Assembly: GCA_951406725.2 (NCBI GenBank)
Contig: OX597816.1
Location: 130,324,001 to 130,388,000, forward strand
DNA length: 64,000 nt
Source: Octopus vulgaris
Lineage: Eukaryota
Reading direction: 5' to 3'
Below are positions 13,381 to 26,875 of the stretch, piece after piece. A program made the position numbers and the translations under genes. The notes under the pieces were generated by a model. It searched no databases, was not told the DNA's origin, and worked only from the letters and a program-made list of their open reading frames with translations. How positions within the stretch are numbered: the stretch's first letter is position 1; the number at the start of each line of letters is the position of its first letter.

Positions 13381-14292
13381 TCTCTTGCATAAAATATAAA
13401 ATCAAATTAAACTAAAATTTTGTAATACTAGTCTTTTTATGCTGTTATTTAAATAACCTATTCTTAAAATATGCAATTTTGCAATAAAGGATTATCAAAT
13501 ACAGTTTTTTAATATCTTTCTATGGAAGCATGAAATCTTATGGAACATTTTATTCAAGAAGTTATATGTAATGGACACTTAACCAAAGTGTTGCACAGTG
13601 GACTGAACTCAAAATTATGTGAACTTATTAATCACACAGTCATGCCAGTATGTATATCACTTTGTGATCTTAAGCATTTGTACATTTGCAGCAGAATGTG
13701 AATTCTTAAAACTATAAACTTAACTAAAACACAGGATTTCTTTTTGAAGGCTTGACAATGTAGATGCAGTGGTCAGAAGAGAACAAGTTAAGAATGGTAC
13801 ACTGAATGTGTCATGTTAACTTATGAAGAAGGTTGAATTGAAGTATGTTGGAAAAGACATTAAACATCAAAGGAACTGGTAAATGTATGCAGTTGAGACA
13901 ACAGATTGGATTGAACAGGTAATACAAATAGATGCTCATTGTTACATTTAAAGGAATGTGTAGTAAAAGATTTCTTGGAAAGAACAAGTCAGATTTGGAA
14001 ATATTGAGCTTTGCCAAAAAGATGATGTAGAATCAAGATGGATGAAGATCTTGTGAATCCACTCATCCAGTCCTTGGAAAAAAATAGACATAAATCCAAC
14101 AATGATGAAATACAAAAATTTATGAATTAGAATGTTAGATAATTTAATCTACAAATTATATGGAATCCTTCTTTTATCATATTTAAAAGCAATACAAAGT
14201 TAAGGAAAGGAAAATAACTAACAGGGTTAAAATGAAAGGAAATATTTTGTAGTGAATGAGTAATTTTCTTGAATAATCAATAAATTTCTTAC

Positions 14293-14475
14293 ATGAGCCT
14301 TTATATCTTCATCAAATACTAGAAAATCCCACATGTTATAGAAGGTTAAACTAGGCAAGTTCCAAATCTGTGCAACACTACAATTACTATCATCTCCAAG
14401 ATCTTCATCTGAGGGACCATCTTCATGTAAATGGAAAACATGCACTTTCAAATTGTTGCTCTGTAAGTCAATACT
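14293..14475 (-). CDS. TRIP13: TRIP13 coding exon 3
   Basis: 183-nt phase-0 exon encoding SIDLQSNNLKVHVFHLHEDGPSDEDLGDDSNCSVAQIWNLPSLTFYNMWDFLVFDEDIKAH (W-x-LP...W..L.F motif of PCH2). Confidence 0.93.
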
Positions 14476-15447
14476 CTGAAATATATAAGAGTACAAAATA
14501 CAAGATCTATATTATTTAAGAGAGAAAACAAATGAATCAAGCTAATACTTTTTTGTAATTTTCATTTAATATCTCATTTTGATAAAGTGAGGTTTGATAT
14601 TAAGGTGAATTTTAAAAAGTAGGAGTTAATTGAATATCAGAGATGGTGCATCCACTACACATGTGCACAAAACCTATTCAAAACTAAGTGCAGGAAAAGC
14701 AAACCCATAGTGACTACACTTCCTATATTTTCTTTGTGTCTCTTGCACTGATAAAACATCCTCTACTCTTCAGAACTTAACTAATTCTGTTTCTTCAGTA
14801 TTCAATATAATCAACTACTACTCTTATCATTGTCACTGATTCTCTTCTGAAAAGTCTCCCAGAACTGTCTCCCATTGGCTTCACTTGCTTTTACTCATAT
14901 CTTTTCTTGTTATCACTCTAACTACAATTTTTTAGCAGTATATCAAATGAAAATGGTTATAGGACCTGATCTTTAACTTTCAAACAGAAAATATATTAAA
15001 GATGAATAAACATTTAATTTGGTGTGAAGGCATTTTGGAAGACTAATTGAGTTAGTTCCCCCCCCCACACACACACTTCAGTGAATACAGCACAAAAGTA
15101 TTAATCAGGCTTAGAACTTTAAATAATGAGAGATTTTTGAAAAATCTGTACTACCAATGGATAATATTACTATATCTCAAAACAAAAACAGGTTCAATCT
15201 TTGTTTACAATTAATCTCACATGATTTTTAAAAAAAAGTTTTAAATATTTATTTATTTACAGCTAGGTAGACTGACCCTTTTGAACAATGAAAACCCAAA
15301 CCCAACTCATAAATATAAGTAGAATCAACTACCTTCTGAATGCAGTCAACATAAAACTAGAAAAATATATAAAAGACTTCTATATTTAATTACTACATTA
15401 ATTACATATTTTAAAAAAATATGAAAATAAGAAATATAAATATATAC

Positions 15448-15613
15448 CTGTCTTTCTCTGATGTTTAAATCTGTATCACATAAAGCTAAACTTTTTACAT
15501 GAGTTTTTAAGTCGTCATCATCAAACTCTGTGGTAATAAAATCACCGTAAGCCACCTTCTGATTATATAAGAAGATTTTGACACGCTCTTTGATAAAATT
15601 TTTCCGAGCAATG
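15448..15613 (-). CDS. TRIP13: TRIP13 coding exon 2
   Basis: 166-nt exon, ttttacag|C...CAG|gtatat, encoding IARKNFIKERVKIFLYNQKVAYGDFITTEFDDDDLKTHVKSLALCDTDLNIRERQ. Phases are consistent with neighbouring exons. Confidence 0.9.
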
Positions 15614-18600
15614 CTGTAAAAATAGAAAACATTTTTTATACTTTAGTTTGTCCAAAGCACATTCAATTATAACAAAGTGTCAACACTGATTGAACTGTAT
15701 TATGCGGATATAAGAGTTAGAGCAGAGCTTGGGAATTTGTTTTCCTTTTTTTTTTCATTGGAAGGCCATACTGAAGTTAACTGCCATTGGACAAGACCAA
15801 ATAATACTCCACTCCATCCAGCTAAATCTATAATTTTATAAAATGTAATTATTTATATGATATAAACCTTAATAAAATGAAAGCACATTCTGTTAGAATA
15901 AGCACCCCAGTAGATGTTTCTCAAATAGGTAATTAGCCGAAAAGATATGCTTTGAGATTAAATTAAATCAACAAAAATGTATTCCAGTATAATGATTCTC
16001 CTTCAAACATTGCACATTTTTCAAAAAGTGTTGTAGGTTCCTTACTTCTGAGAGTTTTACTTTCTGACAACTGCACTGTACTATACATATGGTCTTAACC
16101 CTTAACATTAAAAAGGGATCAATCCACCTCACTGTTAACATGTAGTGTAGGGGCAGAAAAAACCCTAACTCACTGCATAAGAACTGTAAGACTGACAAAG
16201 CTCTACAAAAATGAGTTGTTTTGGCTATACTAAATGAAGATAAAGTCTTTAATGCTGTTCTTACAACACTTAAAATTAACAGCATCAGGTCCTTTGTCCT
16301 CATCAAGAAGACCTCAGATTAAAGGCATTTCACTGTAACTATCCCAGCATGATTCTCTTTTTTAAGACAGTAGGGTGTAATTTGAAGAAGATCTGACAGC
16401 AATTTCTTGCAGGTCAAGCGATCATATAGAGGATCCCTTGTTGGTGGTACTTTATGATCAAAGGAGTTCAAGCCATAATTGTCCCAACTTTGTTTCATGT
16501 GTAATATATCCACGTCTACATTATCCTGGACAAATATATCGGTGGAAATCGAATTTCTCTCCCTAGTCAAGATCTGAAACCACATTTTGAAATTCTCCCT
16601 AGCCATACGGTCTATTGTTTGTCAAAAGGGAACACTGATTAATGTGTTTTCTGTTTGACTCCTGACCTTGCTATACCATTGAAAGTTTATACAAAGTGTG
16701 TTCTATATTAATTTAGTTATAATTACAATGATATATCCATTTTCCTAGCTAGTCTGCACAATAATAAATACAAGCATTCTGTAAGGAAAAGGCAGTGAGT
16801 GAGACTGACCAACAGAGGCCGACCAGTGTGAACGAAATACTGTCTTAACAGAATTAACGTCACAGAGGGGCAGCTATGACATTCACCAGCAATACAGTTG
16901 TCTTGTCCACCACTCCTTTTCTCACTCGCTCACTTTTCATTTCAACAACATCACTTGACCTTTTTCGTTACTGCTGCTAGAACAACAGGGAATAAGTAAG
17001 TCTAATGCTATCTATCCTTTTACAAGAAAATATAACTCTCATTACCTCATATGCTTTCTGACAGTTTTTATACACGCCTGCCCATCGTGGTTTAGATTTA
17101 ATTATATGTAATAGTGAAATAAATATGTTATCTACAACTTTAGCCACTGTCTTTCTTTCTTGGAGTCAGTATCAACATCATCAGCACCTTCAACATAAAC
17201 AACAACTATTACAAATCTTCGCTGTTTAAGGGTGTGATTTAAGGGAGATTTGGTTACTATCTATAGTAAATAGAGCCATCCTATAATGATTATTTCAATG
17301 GTTGAATGCCTAGGCAGCACTGATTGAACAAAAGTGTTTGAGCCATGATTATACTAGCTTACTTAAAGTAAAATGTATCCAAGATTATGAATCTGTTCTG
17401 TATGGCTGCCAAGATTTCAAAAATCAAAGTTTATTTAAAAGTTTAACATTTGGTACATTAATGTAGTTTTCCAAGCTGAATTGCTGGAGATATTTAACTT
17501 TTTCCAGAAAAATTTGGGGGAATGGGTCAGACGATTATGTCGAATCCAGTAATCAATTGGTACTTATTTTATCAGCCCAAAAGGATGAAAAGCAAAGTCG
17601 ACCTTGGTGGAATTTGAACTCAGAATGTAAAGACGCTCTGCCAACTTGCCGCCTTGTCTCACAATCCATTTCTCAGCACAGCATTAGAGTTCCCTCATAT
17701 GCCTAATATAATCTAAACTCCCTTTCGAGAAAGACAGAAATCAATCACTTTTCGCCAAGCACCATTTCTCTAACGTCTTTCATATCCTTAGCACCCTAGC
17801 CATTATATTAAGAAAATTATCTGGGTTAAAGAAACATGAAACCACAGGCTCTTGGAGCTATTACAGAAAGAACAAGTAAATGAAAAATAAATCTCTCCCT
17901 AAATTGGATACTAGCTTCATAGGTTAAATTTTTTTAAGTGAACCAGTTTTTATTTACTCGATAAGTAATATGAAATAAATAGAATTATCGGCAATGTTTC
18001 GTTATTGGTACCAATGAACGAAGCATTGTCGAATTATCTTGCACAGAGCTGGAGTAACCATATGCAAAATTCGAACTCAAAAGCTAAATAGTTTAATGTA
18101 TCATTTTATTTATCTTTCTACATTTTGGTGGGGAAATGCTGATAACTTTTCCTTTTCCAAACTCATTTCAGTCATTAAATATTTCTTTTGAACATGAGAA
18201 TCAGACACCTGTCCAAATAAAGATATCACTTCAATTGAAGAATCCTTTTAGGATTTCCTACTGTTTACAATAATTCATATTTTCAGCAAGCTTACTAAAA
18301 GTTAAACAATTCCAGTTTTACACTTTTCTCTTTCTTTATAATGGTTTGGTATATTAAAAAAAAATCTTAATTGAAAATCAATTTATTATTTACTTTAGAT
18401 ATATATATATATAAAAAGTAAACTTAGACGTCTTTGAAACGAAGAATTTTTTCCAATTTTTAAATTTTAAAATACAAGATCCAATTGGTTCGATAAATTT
18501 ACATTTCAGTGAGCTGAAAAATAAACTATTCCAACTAATATATTTCAAAGGTGCAAAGCCTCACATGTATAAAGAGTTATGGAAACATTCAAATAAAAGA

Positions 18601-18898
18601 GAAAATCTATATAAAGTCAAATTTATGTAGACGTTTACTTGCGTAGGTGGAAGTGTTAAATAAAGTATATTTTAATGGTGTGATAAGCTTAAGAAAAATA
18701 AACATTTCGATCGATCTATGTCACTGTTATGAAATGGATCATGTTTGCTAAAACAGTGTGGTTAAAAAAAAACAAAATGATTAAATTCAATGTACCTTCT
18801 GTTCGGAAATTGTTTTTTCCTGATAAACGTAATGATAAACAGGAATCGTTTTCAGTAATAAAAAAGCAACATCAGGTGATAATCCAAATTATACATAC

Positions 18899-18984
18899 CT
18901 TTCTGGTTTCAGTGCTACTTCGACGTGGAGAAACGATTGAAAATCTTGAGGAAGAGCATTTTCTAATTCAGCAACTCGATCCAT
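18899..18984 (-). CDS. TRIP13: TRIP13 coding exon 1 (start codon; not in ORF track)
   Basis: ATG at 18984 gives MDRVAELENALPQDFQSFLHVEVALKPE(S), with the conserved HVEV motif. Phase-2 donor AG|gtatgt matches exon 2. Confidence 0.9.
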
Positions 18985-19304
18985 TAATTACAGTTTATTG
19001 ACTGAATTAGTTTCAACAGAAAAACGTATAATGAGATCAATTTGTCAAAATTCGTTTGAAAAATTATAATATAAAGTGTATTAAATTTCTTTTTCGTTTT
19101 CTTTCTCCTTTCAATTATATGAAATTTAAAACTATGTTGCTAAATAATTAATTGTAAAAAAAAAACATTTATTTGTGTTCTGATGAATAATATTTTCGTA
19201 AAAAGATAATTAATTAATCACGTAGACTTGAATGCGGATTGTGAAATGAATGAAAAAACTAAGCTTAAATAAGTCATTAAATTGCAGAAGACATACTGAA
19301 ACTT

Positions 19305-19319
19305 TTCAAAATTTCCGCC
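19305..19319 (-). promoter_or_regulatory. CDE/CHR tandem element (candidate DREAM/MuvB site) upstream of TRIP13
   Basis: Minus strand reads GGCGG-AAAT-TTTGAA, i.e. CDE + 4-nt spacer + CHR, about 320 bp upstream of the ATG and in the sense orientation. Confidence 0.6.
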
Positions 19320-20149
19320 CAAATCATAAACCGACTCATTTGAATGTCGCTAAATGTCGTATATATCTATCTATAGCTATATAAATATATATTTTAACGT
19401 TTAGAGTTAAAAAGCCAAAAATTAATAAATATTTTAATATAACATTCAGTACTTAATTTTTGATAATGAATAATTTGAAATAATAAAAATATGAAAATAA
19501 CGACTTTCCGTAAACAAAATTGCTATTACGTGAACAGTCAACATTTGCTGTAAAATTGCACTTTAGAATTGTAAGGAAAGAAAAAAAAACTTTCGTATCT
19601 TCGTTTATATTTTAGTAATCATGCAATGAAAAATTAAATATATTTTAATTTATGAACTATCATTATCATACAGGAAAATTTGGTAAATGTTATTAATAAA
19701 ACATCTTTTATGAAGAACGATGCCCGAATCACCATACCATTTTCTTAAACTATACTTATAAAATTCAAATTGAAAAGTTATGGAGACGAAACTTTGTAGA
19801 TTACAAATAAGCGATAAAAATATGTATTTTGTGACTGACATTGAATAGATCAACCAACTGGATGTTTTTAGCATTACGAATTAAACGCTTAAACTATTTT
19901 ATTTACTTTCAGCGAATTTCACGACAAGCACTTACACAACAATAACGCAATAGATTAATCATTGATTCGTCACTACATTTCTGACGGTAAGAGTGACAAG
20001 GGAATGCCCCTGTAACTCGACGCAGAAAAGATATCTTGAGGGATTTCGTAAAGCACTTATTTTCGTTTTTTTTTTCACTGTTTATTTACCGACATACAAC
20101 GATGAAGAAAGACAGATATTCACACACTTCCGCACAATACATACCTACA

Positions 20150-21601
20150 CACGACCTGGTTGAACTTTTTCTTCGCTCTCAAATAAACCAGCACTTCCCT
20201 AGCCTATCTGGAGGTCTATACAGGGACAATGCTCTTCTTACAGTCACCAATATTTCCCGATCATCCATTGAAAGTGCTTGGAAGACCCCTCATAAGTTTT
20301 TAAGAATTATACCTTTCTATCTCATTTGAAAATAGCATTAAAGCAGCTAACTTCTTAGAAGTGACCTGAAAGAGTAATTACAATATATCGATGTTCTTTC
20401 TAATTACCCTAGATTTACCCGTAATAGCATTATCACTAGTATTTCAATCAGAATTTGTCACCTATCAGCTAATGAGGATATCTTTAATAATTATGTCCCA
20501 TACTAATTATACCAGGCTTTCAAGAATGGTGGCTTCTACAAGAGAATTTCTTACATTCCCAATACTAGGCTAAAGACAAAACTTGCACTTCTCTTTCCTA
20601 ATGTGGAATCTAAGTCTGCCAAGCTTGCCACTACCCACCCACATCTAATCACCCTGCAATGGATTTTCTTGTGGTCAGCACTTGCCCAGTATTACAGCCA
20701 CCCCAGGAGTTGTAAGCTCACCATTCTCTCTCCAAGTTAAATCTTTACCTAAGCTATTTTTCCAAATCCTAAGCTCTAATTTCCCATTACACCACAAACA
20801 CTACCCCATCTCTAATAAATCTTCAATTGAAAGCTCATACTTCAAAACACCAAACTTAGGATCTATAATTTGCCTCTTCTAATGGGTGCAAATTTAGATG
20901 CCTTACTGTGGGCCCTTTAAACTATTCATTTGGACCCCACCTTAATCCACTAGATACTAATACCATGAACTTTGGGAATCCTACCCACTTCAATGATAGT
21001 CACCCTAGTACCATCAGCCCTAGTTCTAGTAACCTTAACACATGTGACAGTGGTGACACCCTCTTCAGTTCCCATACTACTAACGATAACACCTCTGGTC
21101 CTCTCTTGAGGGTAACTGATCATATGAATCAGCATAGAATAGAGATTAATCCTAAGTCCACTGCAAGAGGGAAAACCTGTAATTGTCAGGTCTCCCAACT
21201 ATGTTAGATGGCTTTTGCTTACGTTATAATGTTATATATAAATGTCAAGTAATAACCCCATGGTCTCACCAAACTGGGGTCTATAGTTGTGGCACTGTTG
21301 ATTTCACATGGCACTACTGGGCTCACCTGAATTCATTCTCAAATGGAGCCTCTAAACTCTCTACCTCCCTGGCTACATATATACACCACCTCAAGTCCTA
21401 GGATATTCCCCATTCTTATCTTGGTCAGTAGTTTGTGGGGCTTCACCATACAACATTAGCTACCATGTTTGTAAGTTATGTTGCATGGAATTACTTATTG
21501 TTCATCATTATAATACCTCATTACTCAATAGGTTCTCTCGTGTAATCTTGTGTAAGCACAAATTTTATTCCACACTTGCCAATTACATGAAGTCTTTATG
21601 A
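20150..21601 (+). mobile_element. Degenerate Penelope-like element (RT C-terminal half + GIY-YIG endonuclease)
   Basis: DLVELFL...GGLYRDNALL (YRDD motif), NFLEVT, CNC...LDGFCLRYNVIYKCQV, H..SF....TSLATYIHHLK and CKLCCME, with many frameshifts. Confidence 0.85.
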
Positions 21602-22320
21602 TTTCTCTTGATTGTGGTTAAGCTCTTTACTTATCTAACTATACTAGCAACACTTTCTCCTTCTCTTCTTATCTCAGCATACCTTCCTCCACTGCTCCTT
21701 TCCTTCATTGCTTATCTCTTCATCTGTTTACCTGTCAGATATATATATATAGTGTTTTTTCTTTCTGAATATATGTAGCTATATGTGTGTGTGTGTGCGC
21801 ACATATATATGTATATGTATATATACAAACACATCTACATATATTCAGAAAGAAAAAATACATTATATATGTACATAACAATATATATATATATATAATA
21901 ATATAATATATACATATATATACATAGATAAATAAAGAAATGGAGTTAAATACGACATGTTCCCTTCATCATATATGCAGTAATCACATTCGGTTAAAAT
22001 GGCTTATTGATATGTTTTGTTTCTCTTTTTTTCACTAATGAGAAGATCGCATTATTTTATATCATTTTATTCCCTCTGGAATAATACCAATGTTTTCTTC
22101 AAAACATATGTCAGAAGTATAAAGATTATAGTAACACATGTGTTTAACTCCATTTCTTTACCTATGTTATTTAAAATCATTTCACTAAACCCTGAAATTT
22201 CTACCTTTATAAGTAGGTTGTTATATCTTTGGTACTTATGTGAATTTTTGCTACCGTGCTAACTATTTATTTATATTTTCTGTGTTATTTGTACACATTG
22301 AAAAAATACACATTCATATA

Positions 22321-22560
22321 TCTCTTATATAAAATCCGTTCAGTCTCTGAATGTGTGTGTGTTCTCAGATCTCAGGCATCCTCCATCCGATTGCGCTCAA
22401 ATTTTATATGTAGATACCGACGGTATCAGGGCGTGTATAAGTCTTGAAAAAATTACAAAAATCGATTTCAGGTGAGAATGTGATCGATAAAGCCGTAGGA
22501 AATCGTTTTTCTTTGGTTGCATAATCGACTATGGCGCTGATAGGAGTTGCCTCCCTTAAC
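22321..22560 (+). mobile_element. Possible non-autonomous Helitron-like 5' fragment
   Basis: Starts A|TCtcttatataaaa, then a gtct/gtgt microsatellite and ccgatt..ctcaaattt. No confident 3' hairpin-CTAG end was found. Confidence 0.35.
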
Positions 22561-23129
22561 ACCAAGTTTGCATATTTCATACACAATCATTTTTCTTTCT
22601 TAGCTCAAAATTAGTTACTTAGTTCCCTAGGTTGTTGCTTTTCATCAAAAATAGCCCCAAGTTGATTTCCTGCATGTTTTATTGGATAAACTTATTATTG
22701 TCCCAGGTACGTTCTCATAAATTCATCATGCTTTTCCATCTAACCCATTTGCATGCATCGTTTTTGTCCTGCTTTTCTTCCGTCAACTTGTACATAACTG
22801 TACCTTCCATTTTTTGTTGTTTTTGTACTGCTTAAAGCTACGTTTCTTTCCTGCCAAGCTTACTGTTTAAACCATGTTTGTGTTCTCCCAGTCAACAGCC
22901 TTATCATCACTGGTACTTTGAACTCTTCAGTTGCATATTTGTGTGAATAAAATCGTTTTCCTTTGGAATAAAAAAAAAGTCTATCTTTATTTCTTCTTTT
23001 GTTGGTGTCTCAAATTTAGGTTAAATCAGTGTTTCTCAAAGGGGAGGCCTATGGGGCAGTCGGACAAGTTGTTTTGAGAAAATTTGGTGTAAATGTTTGG
23101 AAATTGTTCAACAATTTCCATTTGATTTT

Positions 23130-23595
23130 GATGTTCATGACTTAATAGGTCTCCTCATGCATGGCATGTTGCCCTATGATCCAAGGTACTTTTTGAGTGG
23201 GCTGATTATGTGACACTGGCGTACGTTACATGTTGTTATATATATGTATGTATACATATATACGAGCAAAATGTCCCCTGTCCAATGGACGGTGCTGGTG
23301 GCACATAAAAACACCATCTGAACGTGGCTGATACCAGTGTTGCATTGACTGGCTCCCATGCCGGTGGCACATAAAAAGCACCATCCAATCATGGTCGATG
23401 ACAGCCTCCTCTGGCCCCTGTGCCGGTGGCATGTAAAAAAAGCACCCACTACAGTCTCAGAGTGGTTGGTGTTAGGAAGGGCATCCAGCTGTAGAAAGAC
23501 TGCCAGATCAGACTGGAGTAGCCTCCTGGCTTCTCAGACCTCAGTTGAACTGTCCAACCCATGCCAGCATAGAAAATAGACATTAAACGATGATA
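23130..23595 (+). mobile_element. RTE 3' UTR fragment
   Basis: Three ggtggca(c/t)rtaaaa cores followed by the conserved ttaggaagggcatccagctgtagaaa...cccatgccagcat tail. Confidence 0.85.
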
Positions 23596-23720
23596 TATAA
23601 AACAATATATATACATATAAAAGGGGGGTGGACATCCATTATGCTAGAAGTAGATCCGCTATGGTCTTACTACTAAGAAAGGAATGTTCTCAAGAAAATT
23701 TAGCAAATGCCAGAATGTTA

Positions 23721-23793
23721 ATTATAAACTAGTTTCGCTATTAACACTTACGCGAAATTACTTACATAATTGTCCATAGCTCATCAGTATAAT
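23721..23793 (-). ncRNA. Minimal type I hammerhead ribozyme (Penelope-type)
   Basis: AUUAUA-CUGAUGA-GCUAU...AUAGC-GAAA-CUAG-UU-UAUAAU. Stems I and II pair perfectly, core is intact, loop 3 is palindromic. Confidence 0.75.
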
Positions 23794-25404
23794 CGTCATT
23801 GCAAATATAATTTGCAGAACTATACATGAGATTGAACATGTATAGTTCTACCAAGAGTTATCTTTCACAAGTCTTCGTCTTGGTACACTAAAATACCGGA
23901 AATAATTCTCTGCAGTATGTGTATTTTAAAATTTACTTACAACTTGAAAAATGTCTCATCTAGAAAGCTGCTACTAGATCCATCAGAGCTTGGCTGTGAC
24001 TGAGAGATGAGATTGAAATATATTCACTGGTGGGATCGGGTTGTGCAAGTTTTTGTAACACACACACTTGCACCCTGTCCATCTCTGTCATACTGAAAAT
24101 TCTGCTGATTCTTGAAGCAGTTTTGCTTCTAAAATCATAAGAACATTCCTAAGTCAAATATTTTGCAAGTGATAAGTAAACTATGAAAGAGCTATCCTTA
24201 AATATGTTGAGTACTTTGATCTGCAGACACCTTAGCATTATTACCAAGAATATCTGTATTTCTTCTTTGTATTTATATGAGACAGACAGATATACAGCCA
24301 TTCATAGGATTTGTCCCCATCACATGACAACCAGTGTTGGTTTATGTTTGCCTAACTTAACAGCTTGGCAAAAAGAGACTGACAAAGTATCAGGCTTAAA
24401 AGAAAATAAGTACTGGGTCAATTCATTTGATTAAAATTTCTTCAAAGCAGTGCCCCAGTATGACTGAAAGAGATAAAGGATATACTGGGTGAAAACAGAG
24501 TTCATTTTGTTACTATGTGGTCTTGGTTTCTATTTCATTATATCTTGTGGGAAGTATCTCCTACTGTAGCTTTTGACTGACTAATGCCTTTTGAGTGAAA
24601 TTAATACATAGAAACCCATCGGGTGCATGCATGAATGCTTACCTTCCTTTCTTTGTATGAAAAGCATTAAACGAAAACAATGTTTTTTGGGTGCTTGTTT
24701 GTATGCAAGTGCGTGTGAACATATAAAAAAAAAATATATATATATATACACACACACACATATCTATACATGTGTGTATCACTGTATATAAAAGAAATAC
24801 TTTCTTAAAACAAAAATACTGACTTAACAATGATGAATTTAAACAAAAAATAAACTTTACTTTTATTGTATGATGGTTAGCAACACATAGATACTGACTG
24901 AAATCAAGAAATCAGTCAAGAGATGAATGTTAACCTCTTAGAAGTTTAAATTTAACTGAATTAAAAGATTGCTTTGGTTTTTTTGTCACTTTTTTTCTCT
25001 CCTTTAGTTCATTCTCAGAAGTGTTCTCATTTATTTTGGATCAGAGAAATGCAAAATGAGGTTTACTTACTATGTATTCAATATTTTGATTATTAACTGA
25101 CAGATCAAAATCGAGATGGAACAACCATCTGATAAACTTATTTGATGGCATACAAGACACGCAGGCATATTAGGTGCACTCCAATTTCAGCAGCACGTAT
25201 TCAGGGGAAAAGTTTTTAGTGCATTGAAACATGTAATATAGGCTCAATTTCACATACAAGGCCTGAGCTGAATTTTTTGAGACAGTTTTTGGAAAATTTT
25301 GAGACAGTTGTTTTGGAAAAAAGTGCATCATATATGCCATCAAATACGGTAGTCTTGTAGATGTGCCATACCAAAAATATATGAAAAGAAGTTTAGAATA
25401 CAAA

Positions 25405-25456
<52 letters not shown>

Positions 25457-26875
25457 TGTAAAATACTTTGCATTATATAAGGAAAAATAATAAGAAAACA
25501 AAATGAAATCAGAAGATATTGGAATAATAACAATCCATGTAAATCTGTAAATGTATGTGCTTCAACCTTGTCCAAGAGTTTTTAAAACATTCAAAAAATT
25601 TATGTATATTTATTACTTTATAGAACACTAAACTTCGTGCACAGTCACAAAGATTTTGGAAATGCATGAAACTGATTAAATCGACTGTCAGTATTTGAAA
25701 GGTAGGTAATTTACCAACTGCAGAAAGATGAAATGCAAAGCGATCCTTTTTTTCTATTTATTTTCAGGGGGAAAATGTTAAATTTTCAAATTAGATAAAC
25801 TGTCCAATATTATAACTAGAACAATAACACCGTTTTTTTTCTTTTTAGAAAGAATTCATAATAAGATTCTTTTAACCTAAAATAAACATTTTCATCAATC
25901 AAATTGCTTATTTGGTTTAGCACATTGTCGTTATCATGGTAATGTATTTCTTTGGAAAGGATTTGATTCATTGTCATTCCCCCAAACAAATGCTTATTGA
26001 TTTCTTACCATGAGACATGATGTCACAAATACAGTGAAATGGTTTTAACTGAGTATGAATATTTGTGTACATACTCAATTTGTCACATATCTTGAATAAA
26101 TGCTTAAATAGCTGAGGTACATTTTTGTTAATAAGATTACAATTTTTCAAAGTATTAAACTCAGCTGTATACGTAAAATATATTGACACGTTTTTTTGAT
26201 CTGATTATATTATTAGATGTCTTATTGTGGTGTGTGTATGTACATACCTACAAATACAATATAAATATATGTATTTCCAGACAGGATTTGAACTAGGAAA
26301 TATTATCCAAGAATAAGATGTGACAAATATAAATAATGATAATTCACACTCTAAAGATAGGGTTAATATACTTAGGAAAATTATCATCTCATTAACTTAC
26401 ATTTTATTTGGTAGTGCTCACCTTCAAATTAATACTAATTTAGAAGTTCACTAAGAAATGTAATTAAGCTTAAAAAACAAACAAGAAAAAAGACTTTTTT
26501 CATTTTAATAAATTTGTAAAAGCTAAGAGGGCATGGAATTGTTATATTCTAACATCACAGAAAATAGAAAATATATCTTAATGGATATTTTATATAGTTA
26601 ATTAATTCCAGTGTGTGTGTGTGTGTGTGTGCAAATGCTTTCATGACTGTTTAGGTAGATGTTGTTAACTAAAGTTTCAATAACTAGTAACAAACTATCC
26701 CCCGTGATTTCATGTATTTTAGTTTTAAATCTGTTGTATTTCAAACCAATTTAAACTCATTCTAACTTGTAATTACAGCTAAAGGAATATCAAGCAAAAC
26801 ATTCTCATCAACATGTATTTCCGGTAGTGAAATAACTATATTTGTGAAGTGGGATCTTGGTCATAACTAAAGAGT

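Noticed and set aside
16780-17140. Possible solo LTR or antisense exon in TRIP13 intron 1
   Set aside because: No clear TG...CA boundaries with a TSD and no second copy in the window.
23941-24148. Possible minus-strand exon (ttag| ... |gtaagt) between HSD17B10 and TRIP13
   Set aside because: Stops occur in the frames examined, there is no recognisable homology, and the acceptor is weak. It cannot be supported without RNA data.
24862-24867. HSD17B10 polyadenylation signal
   Set aside because: Several AATAAA hexamers (for example ~26403, ~25030, 24862) are equally plausible in AT-rich DNA. One cannot be chosen without 3'-end data.
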